Positions 17,201 through 27,663 of a DNA stretch of 64,000 nucleotides are shown piece after piece. The DNA lies in contig CBDFJF010000002.1 in assembly GCA_965248265.1 (NCBI GenBank), positions 32,001-96,000 on the forward strand, given 5' to 3'. Position numbers and translations under genes: made by a program. Source of the DNA: Candidatus Latescibacterota bacterium (lineage in GTDB: Bacteria; Latescibacterota; UBA2968; UBA8231). The first letter of the stretch is position 1. Every line of letters starts with the position of its first letter. The notes beneath the pieces were generated by a model that saw only the letters and a list, made by a program, of their open reading frames with translations, did not search any database and had not been told where the DNA came from.

Positions 17201-19723
17201 TCAATCGGCCATGCCCCGGAACAAGTCTGAGACCCCGGTCACCGCGGACTCGACATCGATGTCGCAGACCTGTCCGATCGTGCGCACGATGGGCGCGATC
17301 TGCTTTTCTATGTAATGCTCGTAGTCCAGGCGGGCGTTGATGTGGCCGACCGGTTGCGGCCCTTCCACCGTCATCACGTAGTGGATGGTGCCCGATGGAT
17401 TGGACATCTGCCGCGCCGCCACCACATGGGGTGGATTGGATTTCGTGTAGCTGGATAGAGGCTTGCGCAGGCTCTTGCGGTAGACGAGTTCACCATCGTG
17501 CTCACCGCCGCGGACCGAGTCAATCCAACGCAACACCCGGGATTCGATTTCCATCGCAGGGATATCGCGGAACAGCTTTTCGAGCAGGTCTCTCTGCAGC
17601 TGATGCGCCAGGTCCGTCCAGTCCCGTCGCACGGCCTCCATGCCGATTATCTCCAGCTGCGAGCTGGTCGGTGAATCGCAGAGCAGGCCGGCATAGCCCT
17701 TGGCGCGGCCCCGATCTTCACTGCCTCGCGTCGGCGGAAGAAAAAAGCGGGTGTAGTACTTCTCGAACTCGAGCTCGAGGTAGGACGGCAGTCTAAAACA
17801 CTCACGCACGTGGGTCGTCAACTCGTCGTTCACCCATCGGCACAACTCCCGTCCACGCGTCAGGGCTTCTTCGACCGAGATGTCATCCGCCAGATGCATG
17901 TCGATGAAAAGGGAATCGGTGTCGCCGTAGAGGACGTCAGCTCCCTTCGCCTCCTCCAGCCGCTGACGGACCCACTTGAGGACGTAGTGTCCGAAGCCTG
18001 TGATGGCCCCGGCGAGTTGCTCCTCGGCAAAGCGGCATGAGCCAGTAGCCAGAACGCCATAGAACGAATTCATGACGATCTTGTAGGCATAGGAAGCAAG
18101 CTGGTCGCCCTCCGACTTGGCCTGGTCGCGGCTGCTGAAGAAGCGCTCCAGCAGACCGGGTAGAATGCCCTTGTCGCGATCGAAGGCTGCTCCATTGGGG
18201 GCGATGATGGCCTCCTGACTACCGCCCATTACTCTGGCCCGGATATGAGACAGCGGGTCGATGTTGAAGGTGTGAATGATCGAGGGATAAAGGCTCTTGA
18301 AGTCGAAGACGAAAACGTGGTGGTAGAGCCCCACCTTGGAAGGCATGACGAGCCCGCCGGGAGCACTTCCAAGGTGTACGCGATCGACGTCGTTGGTCGG
18401 CGCCACCATACCGCGTCGGTGCAGTTCGCCGATGTAGAGAAAATCAAAGGCGGCAACGCTGCCCCAGGCGCGTTCGAGAGGAAGGCCGGTGAGCAGGCTG
18501 CGGCGCAGACTCAGCTCGATCAGACCTTCGTGGCGCAGGATGTCTCGCACCAGGCGTGAGTCTTCAAGGCAGTACTCACAGAATCCGGCGCGGTCTTCGC
18601 GGAAGGCCTCCATAATGCGCTCGGGCATGCTCTCGTCGGAGTTGGCTTCCACGGTCTTGCCCCGTCCGACAACGACACGAGCAACCGTACCCAGGCGATA
18701 GTCGTCGAAGCGCTGCGGCGTGGTACGGATCAGGTGCAACGCATCGAGAACCTCGCGGCCGTAGACGACCATGCGGCTGGCGCCCCAGACCTCACCCTCT
18801 CGGTACCAAGAAGCGTCGTTGCTGCGGCCGAGGTTGAACGGCAATCCGAGTTCCCGGCAGCGGCGCTGCAAAACGGGTAGATCGAAATCGACGAGGTTCC
18901 AACCGCTGAGGATATCCGGGTCCACGTCGCGAATGCGGGCCGCGGTGGCTTTCAGCAACTGGCGCTCGTCGGCATGGCATTGCAACTCGGGCGGGTCGTC
19001 GGGTCCGGGCTCACCGACGATGTGGATCTCTGCGATATCTCCAATCTGATCAACTGATACGTCATTTTGAACGCTATCATCCCGAACAATGCTACTCTGA
19101 ATGTCCGCGCCTTCCCGCGGACTGACAGCCCCAGTGGAAACACCGCTGCCGGAGGGAGACGGCACTGCCATACCCACGAACGAGATGGCCAGCACCTGGG
19201 AAGCGTCAGGCAGGGTCTCGATGTCGAGGACGAGGACGGAGAGCGCCGGTTGCCAGTCACCCGGTTCCATTACCGGATCGGTGTAGACGCGGTCGACTCC
19301 GGTGCCGGGGCGCCAGGAGCCGGAAATGCGAACACTGCCCCGAATGCCCCGATCCATCAGGTACTGTCGGGCAAAGACGACATCCGCTTCGTAGGTGCGG
19401 ATCTCGTCTTCACGCAGCTTTTCTGCGATCGACCGCAAGCGCTGGACGCGTTTGGCCGCGACTCGGACGACGGTTTCCCCGTCCATGGTCGTCCAGTCCG
19501 TTTGCTCGAGAGCGAGATCGTTACCCGCGCCGGCCGTCTGCCGGACAGCATCGGCATCGCTGTCACGGACGTAGAAGGATGGGCGCTGCTGGTGATCGGC
19601 CAGAGCGAAGGTCTCTCCCGACTCCAACCGCCCCACCGCGAACACGATAGTGCGATCGCCCCGGTTGCGCTGGAACACGTGCAGGAGAAATCCGTTTTCG
19701 GGCTGGTCGAATGGCTCCGACAT
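17201..19723 (-). CDS. polB: DNA polymerase II (family B)
   Basis: ExoI LDIET, GWN..DFD, DFKSLYPSII, KIVMNSFYG, YGDTDSLF. Confidence 0.95.
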   Translation of the reverse strand: MSEPFDQPENGFLLHVFQRNRGDRTIVFAVGRLESGETFALADHQQRPSFYVRDSDADAVRQTAGAGNDLALEQTDWTTMDGETVVRVAAKRVQRLRSIAEKLREDEIRTYEADVVFARQYLMDRGIRGSVRISGSWRPGTGVDRVYTDPVMEPGDWQPALSVLVLDIETLPDASQVLAISFVGMAVPSPSGSGVSTGAVSPREGADIQSSIVRDDSVQNDVSVDQIGDIAEIHIVGEPGPDDPPELQCHADERQLLKATAARIRDVDPDILSGWNLVDFDLPVLQRRCRELGLPFNLGRSNDASWYREGEVWGASRMVVYGREVLDALHLIRTTPQRFDDYRLGTVARVVVGRGKTVEANSDESMPERIMEAFREDRAGFCEYCLEDSRLVRDILRHEGLIELSLRRSLLTGLPLERAWGSVAAFDFLYIGELHRRGMVAPTNDVDRVHLGSAPGGLVMPSKVGLYHHVFVFDFKSLYPSIIHTFNIDPLSHIRARVMGGSQEAIIAPNGAAFDRDKGILPGLLERFFSSRDQAKSEGDQLASYAYKIVMNSFYGVLATGSCRFAEEQLAGAITGFGHYVLKWVRQRLEEAKGADVLYGDTDSLFIDMHLADDISVEEALTRGRELCRWVNDELTTHVRECFRLPSYLELEFEKYYTRFFLPPTRGSEDRGRAKGYAGLLCDSPTSSQLEIIGMEAVRRDWTDLAHQLQRDLLEKLFRDIPAMEIESRVLRWIDSVRGGEHDGELVYRKSLRKPLSSYTKSNPPHVVAARQMSNPSGTIHYVMTVEGPQPVGHINARLDYEHYIEKQIAPIVRTIGQVCDIDVESAVTGVSDLFRGMAD

Positions 19724-19858
19724 CAGCGCGCCTTCCTGTCGATCAGGGAGCAGGGGTCCTTCACGGATCGCCGAACGGCGACCTCCACCATAAAGATCTC
19801 AATCGGAGAACACCGGTTCAAGCAAAATGAGGGAAGGGGCCGGCGACTTGGGCCAGGT

Positions 19859-20830
19859 TCAGTCTCGGAGGATCTCCACGTACACGGTGTCCGGGATAGC
19901 AGAGCCGAAGTAGCCAATGCCGTCGCCCTCAATCGAGAACACGGGCTCGTGGAAGTTGCCGTCCTCCTCCTGTACCTCGTCAAAGGTCTGCAGGAAGCTG
20001 GCGTAGTTGGCATCCGCGGCGTAGACGGTGATCTCGTGTCGACCATAGAACCAGACGTCCCACCAGAAAATCTGCATCGACGACTCACCGGGTCCAAGCG
20101 GGGTATTCTGGATCCATTCGAATTCGTAGATGAAATCGCTCAAATCGAGATCATCTGCAGACTCGTCGGTGAAGGGGTTGTCGTAGATGAAGGATTCAGG
20201 TGAGGGAGTCAGCGGCACCGCCGTCATCAGGTAGAAGTCGATACCGGGTGAACGCTGGATCGTGATCTCGGGCACGATCACCTCGTCGTTCGCATTGCGC
20301 TCGCGGTAGCGGTACCGGTCGTGACTCAAATTGGTGATCCGGAAGCCGGGGTCGGGCACCGTCGTCGTGACGTGGGCGAACAGCTCCTCTCCCTCTATCT
20401 CGGCGCTTACTTCCAGGCGATAGCTGGCGCCGTGCCGGATGGTCAGGTCCTCCTCTCCCTGATAGGCGTAGTAGCTGTTGTCGAAATCGATAAAGGGTCC
20501 GAAGGGTGATTCGACGGGTGCGAAGGTGAGGGGAAACTGCTGCGCAGTTTCTTGGTCGATGATGACGGCAACCGCCTCCGGCAACAATAGCGACGTTTCC
20601 CTCAAATTGTCATCCAGGCGGAAGTTGCGGGCAATGTGGATTTCGTTCACCGGGTGATCCGGCATCAGCAAACCCGATATGACGATGCGCGGTTCGTAAC
20701 TGGTGTTGGTCACCTGCACTTGCGGGTCGCCACATGCCAAACAGAAAAATGACACCGCGAGGCTGAGAGAGACCCCTCCGGTGTGGCAACGATCGTGCTG
20801 GTGCTCCCATCGTCGCATTGAATTTCTCAT
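19859..20830 (-). CDS. DUF4249-like lipoprotein, partner of the TonB-dependent receptor
   Basis: Lipobox FCLAC; C-terminal 'IEGDGIGYFGS'; directly downstream of the TBDR. Confidence 0.7.
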   Translation of the reverse strand: MRNSMRRWEHQHDRCHTGGVSLSLAVSFFCLACGDPQVQVTNTSYEPRIVISGLLMPDHPVNEIHIARNFRLDDNLRETSLLLPEAVAVIIDQETAQQFPLTFAPVESPFGPFIDFDNSYYAYQGEEDLTIRHGASYRLEVSAEIEGEELFAHVTTTVPDPGFRITNLSHDRYRYRERNANDEVIVPEITIQRSPGIDFYLMTAVPLTPSPESFIYDNPFTDESADDLDLSDFIYEFEWIQNTPLGPGESSMQIFWWDVWFYGRHEITVYAADANYASFLQTFDEVQEEDGNFHEPVFSIEGDGIGYFGSAIPDTVYVEILRD

Positions 20831-23160
20831 CAGAAGGTGAAGTCGACGCCCAGCGTCGGCAGCAGCGGCATCATGCCCTGGGTATCCACAGCGGGTAGGC
20901 CGTTGAAATACTTGTAATCCATGAACCAGATGTTCTTGCGATTACCGGCGTTGAACAGCTGCACGTAGGGCGCCATCGACCAGCTGCCGAAGTCGCGGAA
21001 ATAGGTGAGGCTGATATCCAGCCGTGTATAGGCCGGCAACCGCACATTGTTAATACGGGTCGGAGCCAATTCCAGACTGTTCCCCGGATGAGACGGGCTT
21101 GCCGCGATGATGTACCCGGACCCCGGCTCGGTGATGGGTTGGCCAGTACCGTAGACGTAGGTGGCTCCGATCGACCACTTGCCAGCGTCGGCCTTCTTCC
21201 GGCGCCCGCGCAGTTTGCGCCAGCCATTCTTCAGGTCCAGGCCGCTGATGAAGTTAACGGTGGATGTACGGTCGTGACGTGGGGAGAAGGAGCGGTCCTG
21301 GTTGGTGTCGTCGAACTTAAAAGTCGTGCGCGCCAGCGAATAGGCGAGCCAACCCGTGAGCGCCCCCGAGTCTTTACGTAGCAGAATCTCAAGTCCGACC
21401 GAGTCGCCATCACCCCGGTCGAACAGGCCCTTGGTGTTAGTAAAAATGGGATCGTCGTTGGCGTCATGTCCGGTCTCCTCCAGTTCGGGAAGGAAGGCCT
21501 GGTCGAACTGGTAGATGTTGTGGTAATCCTTGAAGAAGGCCTCGACCTCAAAGGCAAACCGGCGTTTGAACTCCTGTTGCCAGCCGACGATGGCATGGAT
21601 GGAGCGGGATTCGTCCTGGTGATCGTTTGAGACGGTGAAGATGTCGGTGAAGGCGAAACGGGGAATCCGATGCAGGTACTGGTAGTAGACACCCGTGGCG
21701 GCTCTGATGTTGGCCGTGTCCGTGATCCTGTGCTTGACGGACAGGCGCGGTCCGAGGTTATGAAAATCCTTTTTTGAGTCGAAGAAGTTATAGCGCAGTC
21801 CCGCTTCGATCTCCCACAGCGGATCCGGCCGCCATTGGCCAATCCCGTATGCGACGTAATGGTGGGGACGATGGCGCACGTCGACGAGTCCCTCTGGGAA
21901 GACCTGGGAGTAGCGGACATTCAGATTCTTCTGCTCGAAACCAAAGCGGGTCTGAAACTGCTGTGACCGATGATGCTCAAGGGTCCCCTTGAAGGTCAGG
22001 TCCGAGACAAAATTGCGTTCGCGCACGTCAGCAATTTCGAGCACGAAGTCGGACGAGAACCGACTGCTCGTGACCCAGAAGGTGGAGAACAGTTTCGGCG
22101 TGAAGACCCGCGTCCAACGGGCGCTGGCCGTCTTGTTGCCCCAGTCCGTCGTAAAGCCGGTCTGCTCGGTGGCATCCGGGTTGAAGACGAGATCGAGGAA
22201 GTCGCGTCCACCATACCCGCTGATGGTCAGGTTGTCGCGGCCCAGGTCGAAGAACGCCTTGAAGTTGCCATCGTAGAAGTAGTAGTCGGGGATCTCGTCG
22301 AGGGCGCGTGCGACGGTCTGGTCGAAGTAGGTGCGCCGGAAAGACCCCGATAGAGATCCGGTATCACCAAGAGGTCCCTGCAGCGTCGTCTTCGCCGACA
22401 GCAGGCTCAAAGCGGCCGAACCCTCGAACTCCTCACGGTTGCCGTCGAGGTTGGTGACGTCGAGGACGGACGACAACCGGCCTCCGTGCTCCGCCCCGAA
22501 TCCCCCTTTTGAAAGCTCCACTTGTTTTATCGCATCAGTATTGAAGGTCGAGAAAATGCCGAAGGTGTGCTCCGGGTTGTAGACGTCGGTGCCGTCGATC
22601 AGATAAAGATTCTGATCGGGTGTGCCTCCGCGCACGTAGAGGGCGGAGGAGAAATCGGACAGCGGCAGGATGCCTGGCAGGGTCTGCAGCGAACGCAGCA
22701 GGTCGGCCTCGGCCACCTGCGGGATTGCCCGGACTTGCTTGGGTGTCAGTCTGATTTCGGAGATCGGCTTCTCGAAGAGGCGATCGACCGTCCGCATCGA
22801 GTCGGCGCGGATGACGACTCCCTCTGCCTCGATGCTCTCGGGTAGGAGATGGAGATCCAGTACCAGGCTCTCGGATCCGTCGATGATGATCTCGCGGGTG
22901 GATGACTTGTAACCGATGTAGGTGCACACCAGCGTGTAACGACCGGCGTCTATCTCGAGGAGGACGTAGTAGCCGCTGAGGTTGGAGACCGCACCGATCT
23001 GATGATCACGCAGGAAGACGGTGGCACTGATGAGGGACTCGCCATCCTCGGCGTCGTAGACGAACCCGCTGATCGAAGCCCTGTCGCCGGTGGCGTCAAG
23101 GCGTGCAACGAAACAGCACAAGATGCAAAGGATGACGAGCAGCGGATGCAGTCTACACAC
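20830..23160 (-). CDS. TonB-dependent receptor with N-terminal CarboxypepD_reg-like domain
   Basis: ISGFVYDAEDGESLISATV, LQTLPGI, VRGGTPDQNL, KGGFGAEHGGRLSSV, terminal F. GTG start at 23160; the ORF-track extension overlaps the SDR gene. Confidence 0.9.
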   Translation of the reverse strand: MCRLHPLLVILCILCCFVARLDATGDRASISGFVYDAEDGESLISATVFLRDHQIGAVSNLSGYYVLLEIDAGRYTLVCTYIGYKSSTREIIIDGSESLVLDLHLLPESIEAEGVVIRADSMRTVDRLFEKPISEIRLTPKQVRAIPQVAEADLLRSLQTLPGILPLSDFSSALYVRGGTPDQNLYLIDGTDVYNPEHTFGIFSTFNTDAIKQVELSKGGFGAEHGGRLSSVLDVTNLDGNREEFEGSAALSLLSAKTTLQGPLGDTGSLSGSFRRTYFDQTVARALDEIPDYYFYDGNFKAFFDLGRDNLTISGYGGRDFLDLVFNPDATEQTGFTTDWGNKTASARWTRVFTPKLFSTFWVTSSRFSSDFVLEIADVRERNFVSDLTFKGTLEHHRSQQFQTRFGFEQKNLNVRYSQVFPEGLVDVRHRPHHYVAYGIGQWRPDPLWEIEAGLRYNFFDSKKDFHNLGPRLSVKHRITDTANIRAATGVYYQYLHRIPRFAFTDIFTVSNDHQDESRSIHAIVGWQQEFKRRFAFEVEAFFKDYHNIYQFDQAFLPELEETGHDANDDPIFTNTKGLFDRGDGDSVGLEILLRKDSGALTGWLAYSLARTTFKFDDTNQDRSFSPRHDRTSTVNFISGLDLKNGWRKLRGRRKKADAGKWSIGATYVYGTGQPITEPGSGYIIAASPSHPGNSLELAPTRINNVRLPAYTRLDISLTYFRDFGSWSMAPYVQLFNAGNRKNIWFMDYKYFNGLPAVDTQGMMPLLPTLGVDFTF

Positions 23161-23165
23161 GTAGA

Positions 23166-23996
23166 TCAGGATTTCGGCCTTTTCGGCGGTACCGCCGAGA
23201 CCCCGGTCAGACCGCCGCTGACGCGCAGCACCTCTGCCGTGATCCACGAGGCCGCCGGGCTGCACAGGAAGGCCACACCCTCGGCGATGTCCATGGGCTC
23301 CCCCCAGCGGCCCAGGGGGACTGCCTTGCGCACCCGCTCGATGATCTCCTCTTCGGAGATACCGAGGGAGGCACTGCGCTGTGCCATGTTGGATTGGTTG
23401 AAGGCCGTGTACACGGGACCCGGGCAGACGGCGTTGACGCGAATGCCGTAGGCGGCCAGCTCCACGGCCAGGGTTTCGGTCAGGCTGATGATGCCGGCCT
23501 TGGCGACGTTGTAGGCGCCGACGAGGGCTGCCGGACTCTGGCCGTTGATGGAGGAAATGTTGACGATGCAGCCCGACTCCTGGCGCTCCATGATGGCGCC
23601 TCCTGCACGGCAGCAATAGAAGGTACCGGTGAGGATGACGTTGAGAACCCGGTCCCACTCCTCGTCCGTGGTCTCGGTCACGGAGGCCACTTTCTGGTTG
23701 AGGCCGGCGTTGTTGACGAGGATGTCGAGGCGGCCGTTCTCCCCGAGATCCTCGAAGAAGCTCGCCACCTGAGCGCTGTCGGCGACATTCAGCAACGCAC
23801 TTGATACCTGCAGGCCATCCGCCTGCAGGCGCTTTGCCTCGGCAGCCGCCTTTTCCTCTTGAACATCGCCGATGATGACATGGGCGCCGTCGCTGGCAAG
23901 CCGTTCGACCATGGCCAGGCCGAGTCCCTGGGCGGCACCGGTAACTACGGCGGTCGAGCCCTCCAACGGGTAGGATGATGCTGGTTTTTCTGTCAT
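23166..23996 (-). CDS. Short-chain dehydrogenase/reductase
   Basis: TGAAQGLG, NNAG, NISS, YNVAK, VNAVCPG. Confidence 0.93.
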   Translation of the reverse strand: MTEKPASSYPLEGSTAVVTGAAQGLGLAMVERLASDGAHVIIGDVQEEKAAAEAKRLQADGLQVSSALLNVADSAQVASFFEDLGENGRLDILVNNAGLNQKVASVTETTDEEWDRVLNVILTGTFYCCRAGGAIMERQESGCIVNISSINGQSPAALVGAYNVAKAGIISLTETLAVELAAYGIRVNAVCPGPVYTAFNQSNMAQRSASLGISEEEIIERVRKAVPLGRWGEPMDIAEGVAFLCSPAASWITAEVLRVSGGLTGVSAVPPKRPKS

Positions 23997-24030
23997 GCCA
24001 TTTTCCCTCTCACGTAGCGGGCGTCGCCGA

Positions 24031-24975
24031 TCAGTACCCCAGTCGCTTGTCGATAACTCCAACCAGGGGTTCGCCGGCAAGGTCGCGGCGCAGGTTTTCG
24101 CAGACCAATTCAACGCAGCGCTGCATCCGCAACGGCGAGGCGCCGGCCGTGTGCGGGGTGAGAACGACGTTGTCGTAGTTCCACAGTGGATGATCGTCAG
24201 GTAGCGGCTCGGTCGGCGTCACGTCGAGGCCGGCTCCGCCGATGTAACCCTTGTCCAGCGCCTCCAGCAGTGCCGCTTCGTCGACGATATTGCCGCGGGT
24301 GACGTTGATGAGGATGGCGTGGTCCGGCATCTGCTTGAAGGCCTTACCATCGAACATGTTTTCGGTCTCCGGCGTCAATGGCGCGCAGACGGCGACGACG
24401 TCGGACTGGGCCAGCAGCTCGAAGAACCGATCCATCTTCCAACAGTCTTCGACGTACTCTGGTAGCTGGACATCCACCGGGTCCACGGCGAGGATGCGCA
24501 TGTCGAAACTGGCGGCCCGCCTGGCCAGTTCGCGACCCGTGCCGCCGAACCCGACGATGCCGAGTGTGAGCCCGGTGAGTTCCCACGAGGCATCGCGGAT
24601 CGGCCACTTCTTCTCCCAGGTGCGGTGGCGGACCGCCACGCCGATGCCACGGGTCACGGCCAGTAGCAGGGCGAGGGCATGCTCAGCAAGATGAGTACCC
24701 ACATGGCCCTTGGCGCTGACGAAGGTGACCTCACTTTCGACCAACTCGGGGAACAGGTGACGGTCGATGCCTGCCCCGGCGCTGATCAGCCAGCGCAGCC
24801 GCGCGGTTCGGGCGAACTGGTCAGGCAGCAGCGTTCCCAACACCACTTCGGCTTGTGGCAGTGCCTCGTCCAGCTGCAGGTCATTCTCAGGCACGATGAG
24901 CTCCACCTGGTCGCCGAGTGCCCGTACTTGGTCGGCCAACTCTCCCAGGTCCATGTTCACGTCCAGGACTTTCAT
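24031..24975 (-). CDS. D-2-hydroxyacid dehydrogenase
   Basis: GAGID, GFGGTG, INVTRG, LDVT..EP, TPHTAG. Confidence 0.93.
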   Translation of the reverse strand: MKVLDVNMDLGELADQVRALGDQVELIVPENDLQLDEALPQAEVVLGTLLPDQFARTARLRWLISAGAGIDRHLFPELVESEVTFVSAKGHVGTHLAEHALALLLAVTRGIGVAVRHRTWEKKWPIRDASWELTGLTLGIVGFGGTGRELARRAASFDMRILAVDPVDVQLPEYVEDCWKMDRFFELLAQSDVVAVCAPLTPETENMFDGKAFKQMPDHAILINVTRGNIVDEAALLEALDKGYIGGAGLDVTPTEPLPDDHPLWNYDNVVLTPHTAGASPLRMQRCVELVCENLRRDLAGEPLVGVIDKRLGY

Positions 24976-24997
24976 TTCCGTATCCTCGGGTGTTCAA

Positions 24998-26617
24998 TCA
25001 GTGTCTCATGTCACCGAATGCGGCAGTGACCAGGGCACGAGTGTAGTCGGTCTGAGGAGCGGCGAAAAGGTCGTGAGCGGCCCCGTGCTCGACGATGACG
25101 CCGGACCGCATCACCATGACGTAATGGGCCAGCGCGCGCATCACTCTAAGGTCGTGACTGATAAACATGTATGAGAGGCCGTGACGGGCCTGCAAATCTC
25201 GCAGAAGCTGGACGATCTGAACCTGGACCGTGCGATCGAGGGCACTCGTCGGCTCATCCAGTATGACCAGTCGGGTCTTTAGCACCACCACGCGGGCTAG
25301 AGCCACGCGCTGGCGTTGGCCACCGGAGAATTCGTGAGGGTAGCGATCCATTGTTTGTGGATCGAGTCCTACTTCTTGCATGACAGCCGCCACTCGCTCG
25401 CGGCGTTGGGTCCTCGTCATCTCCGATTCATGCACACGCAGACCCTCCTCGATGATCTGCAATGCCGACAATCGCGGGCTGAGGGAACCGTAGGGATCCT
25501 GGAAGACGATTTGCAGCTGGCGTCGCAGTGGCCGCATCTGCTTGACACTCAAGGCTTGCAACGGCGTTTCGCCGAACTGGATCGAGCCTTCACTGGCAAT
25601 CAACCGCAGAGCGGCCAATGCCAGGGTGCTTTTGCCCGATCCGGACTCACCGGCGATGCCCAGGGTCTGGCCTGGCGCGATATCGAAGTTGACACCATCC
25701 ACGGCTTTCACGTGTCCACGTGTACGCCGCAACAAACCGCCCCGGATCGGGAACCACACGCGCAGATCTCGGGCTGCCATCAATGGCGCGGCTGACTTGG
25801 AGACCGGCGGAGGAGGAGGCAATTCAGTTTGTAACAGGCTGCGGGTGTAGGGGTGTTCCGCGGCTGTCGTGAACAACGTCTCGGTCGGGGCTGATTCCAC
25901 CGTCCGACCCTGGTGCATGACGAACACCCGCGAGGCGATCGTACGCACCAGCCCCAGGTCGTGTGTGATCAGCAGAATCGCCAGGCCGGAATCGTTCTGG
26001 AGCTTTTTCAGTAATATTAGAATTTCGCTCTGTGTAGTAACGTCGAGGGCCGTCGTCGGCTCATCAGCGATCAACAAGTCAGGGGCATTGGCCAGGGCCA
26101 TGGCGATCATGACGCGCTGCCGCTCGCCGCCGGACAGTTCGTGGGGCCAGGCATCGATCTGCGTCGCCGGGTTCGCGAGCTGAACCTCGGATAGCAACTC
26201 CAACGTGCGTGAGCGCGCCTCCGGCTTGGCCAGGCCCCGATGGAGGATGAGGGCTTCGGCGATCTGCTTGCCCACCGAGTGCAACGGGTTCAGCGACGAC
26301 ATCGGCTCCTGAAAGATCATGGCGATGCGATCGCCACGGATGGCCCGCAACCGGTCCTCGCCGGCGCCCAACAATTCCTCTCCCTCGAAGCGGATGCTGC
26401 CATGCGGGTGATGGGCTGTGGGGTATGGAAGCAACTGCAATACGGACAAGCCGGTGACGCTCTTGCCGGATCCCGATTCACCCACCAGGGCAACCGTTTC
26501 GCCTCTGGCGATATCCAGACTGGCTTCGACAACGGCTTCAACGTCAGCGGCCTCAGCGTCCGCCCCTTGTCCCTGGCGAAAACTCACTGCCAGTTTGTCG
26601 ATCGTCAGCAGACTCAC
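24998..26617 (-). CDS. yejF: Peptide ABC transporter, double ATPase subunit
   Basis: Two Walker A motifs (GESGSGKS), [20 protein letters not shown]. Confidence 0.9.
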   Translation of the reverse strand: MSLLTIDKLAVSFRQGQGADAEAADVEAVVEASLDIARGETVALVGESGSGKSVTGLSVLQLLPYPTAHHPHGSIRFEGEELLGAGEDRLRAIRGDRIAMIFQEPMSSLNPLHSVGKQIAEALILHRGLAKPEARSRTLELLSEVQLANPATQIDAWPHELSGGERQRVMIAMALANAPDLLIADEPTTALDVTTQSEILILLKKLQNDSGLAILLITHDLGLVRTIASRVFVMHQGRTVESAPTETLFTTAAEHPYTRSLLQTELPPPPPVSKSAAPLMAARDLRVWFPIRGGLLRRTRGHVKAVDGVNFDIAPGQTLGIAGESGSGKSTLALAALRLIASEGSIQFGETPLQALSVKQMRPLRRQLQIVFQDPYGSLSPRLSALQIIEEGLRVHESEMTRTQRRERVAAVMQEVGLDPQTMDRYPHEFSGGQRQRVALARVVVLKTRLVILDEPTSALDRTVQVQIVQLLRDLQARHGLSYMFISHDLRVMRALAHYVMVMRSGVIVEHGAAHDLFAAPQTDYTRALVTAAFGDMRH

Positions 26618-27663
26618 GATCCCGGCTCCGGGGATGAATCCGTGAACGTCCTGCGCGGGTCGAAGGCGTCACGCAGGGCTTCACCGATGAAGACGAGCAG
26701 CGATAACAACAGCGCAAGCACCGCGAACGCCGTGATGCCGAGCCAGGGCGCGTGCAGGTTGCGTTTGCCCTGGCTGAGCAACTCCCCCAGTGACGGCGAC
26801 CCCGGGGGCAGGCCGAACCCGAGGAAGTCCAATGACGTCAGCACGGTCACCGAGCCGGTAAGGATGAACGGCAGGAAGGTCAGGGTCGAGACCAGGGCAT
26901 TGGGCAGGACGTGGCGGAACATGATGGTGATGTCGCCGACACCGAGAGCTCGTGCAGCGCGTACGAAATCGAAGTTGCGGGCCCTGAGGAACTCCGCCCG
27001 CACCACGCCCACAAGGCTCATCCAGCTGAAAAGCAGCATCAGTCCTAGCAGCCACCAAAAACTCGGCTCCACCAGGCTGGCCAGGATAATCAGTAAATAA
27101 AGTGTCGGCAGACCTGACCAGATTTCGACGAAGCGCTGAAACAGCAGGTCGACGAGGCCGCCGAAGTACCCCTGTACGGCGCCGGCAACGATGCCGATGA
27201 CGCAGCTGCACAGGGTCAGGGTCAGGCCGAACAACACGGAGATGCGGAAGCCGTAAATCAGCCGGGCAAACACGTCGCGCGCCTGGTCATCGGTGCCCAT
27301 CAGGTTGTCGGTGCTGGGTGGCGAGGGCACCGCTTGCCGCAGCTCGTAGTTGATGGTGCGGTAACTGTAACGGATCGGCGGCCACAGCATCCAGCCGTCG
27401 GCCTCGATCAGTTCGCGCACGAAGGGATCGCGATAGTCGGCCTCCGTTTCGAACTCGCCGCCGTAGGCGGTCTCAGGATAGCTGACGAACACGGGGAAGT
27501 AGGTGCTGCCGGCATGGCGCACGATCAACGGGTGATCGTTGGCGAGGAACTCGGCGGGCAGGGTCAGCAGCAACAAAACCAGCAGGATTCGCAGGCTCCA
27601 CCAACCCCGACGGTTGGCGCGGAAATTCTGCAGACGCCGTCGATTGAGTGAATTCAATCTCAT
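26614..27663 (-). CDS. yejE: Peptide ABC transporter permease
   Basis: NFRANRRGWWS, GTDDQARDV, EAA loop YVxAARALG-like, DAFDPR. Confidence 0.9.
   Translation of the reverse strand: MRLNSLNRRRLQNFRANRRGWWSLRILLVLLLLTLPAEFLANDHPLIVRHAGSTYFPVFVSYPETAYGGEFETEADYRDPFVRELIEADGWMLWPPIRYSYRTINYELRQAVPSPPSTDNLMGTDDQARDVFARLIYGFRISVLFGLTLTLCSCVIGIVAGAVQGYFGGLVDLLFQRFVEIWSGLPTLYLLIILASLVEPSFWWLLGLMLLFSWMSLVGVVRAEFLRARNFDFVRAARALGVGDITIMFRHVLPNALVSTLTFLPFILTGSVTVLTSLDFLGFGLPPGSPSLGELLSQGKRNLHAPWLGITAFAVLALLLSLLVFIGEALRDAFDPRRTFTDSSPEPGS

Noticed and set aside
23161-23658. Long N-terminal extension of the TonB receptor in the ORF track
   Set aside because: It overlaps the SDR gene in another frame and is low-complexity; the signal peptide starts at about 23160.
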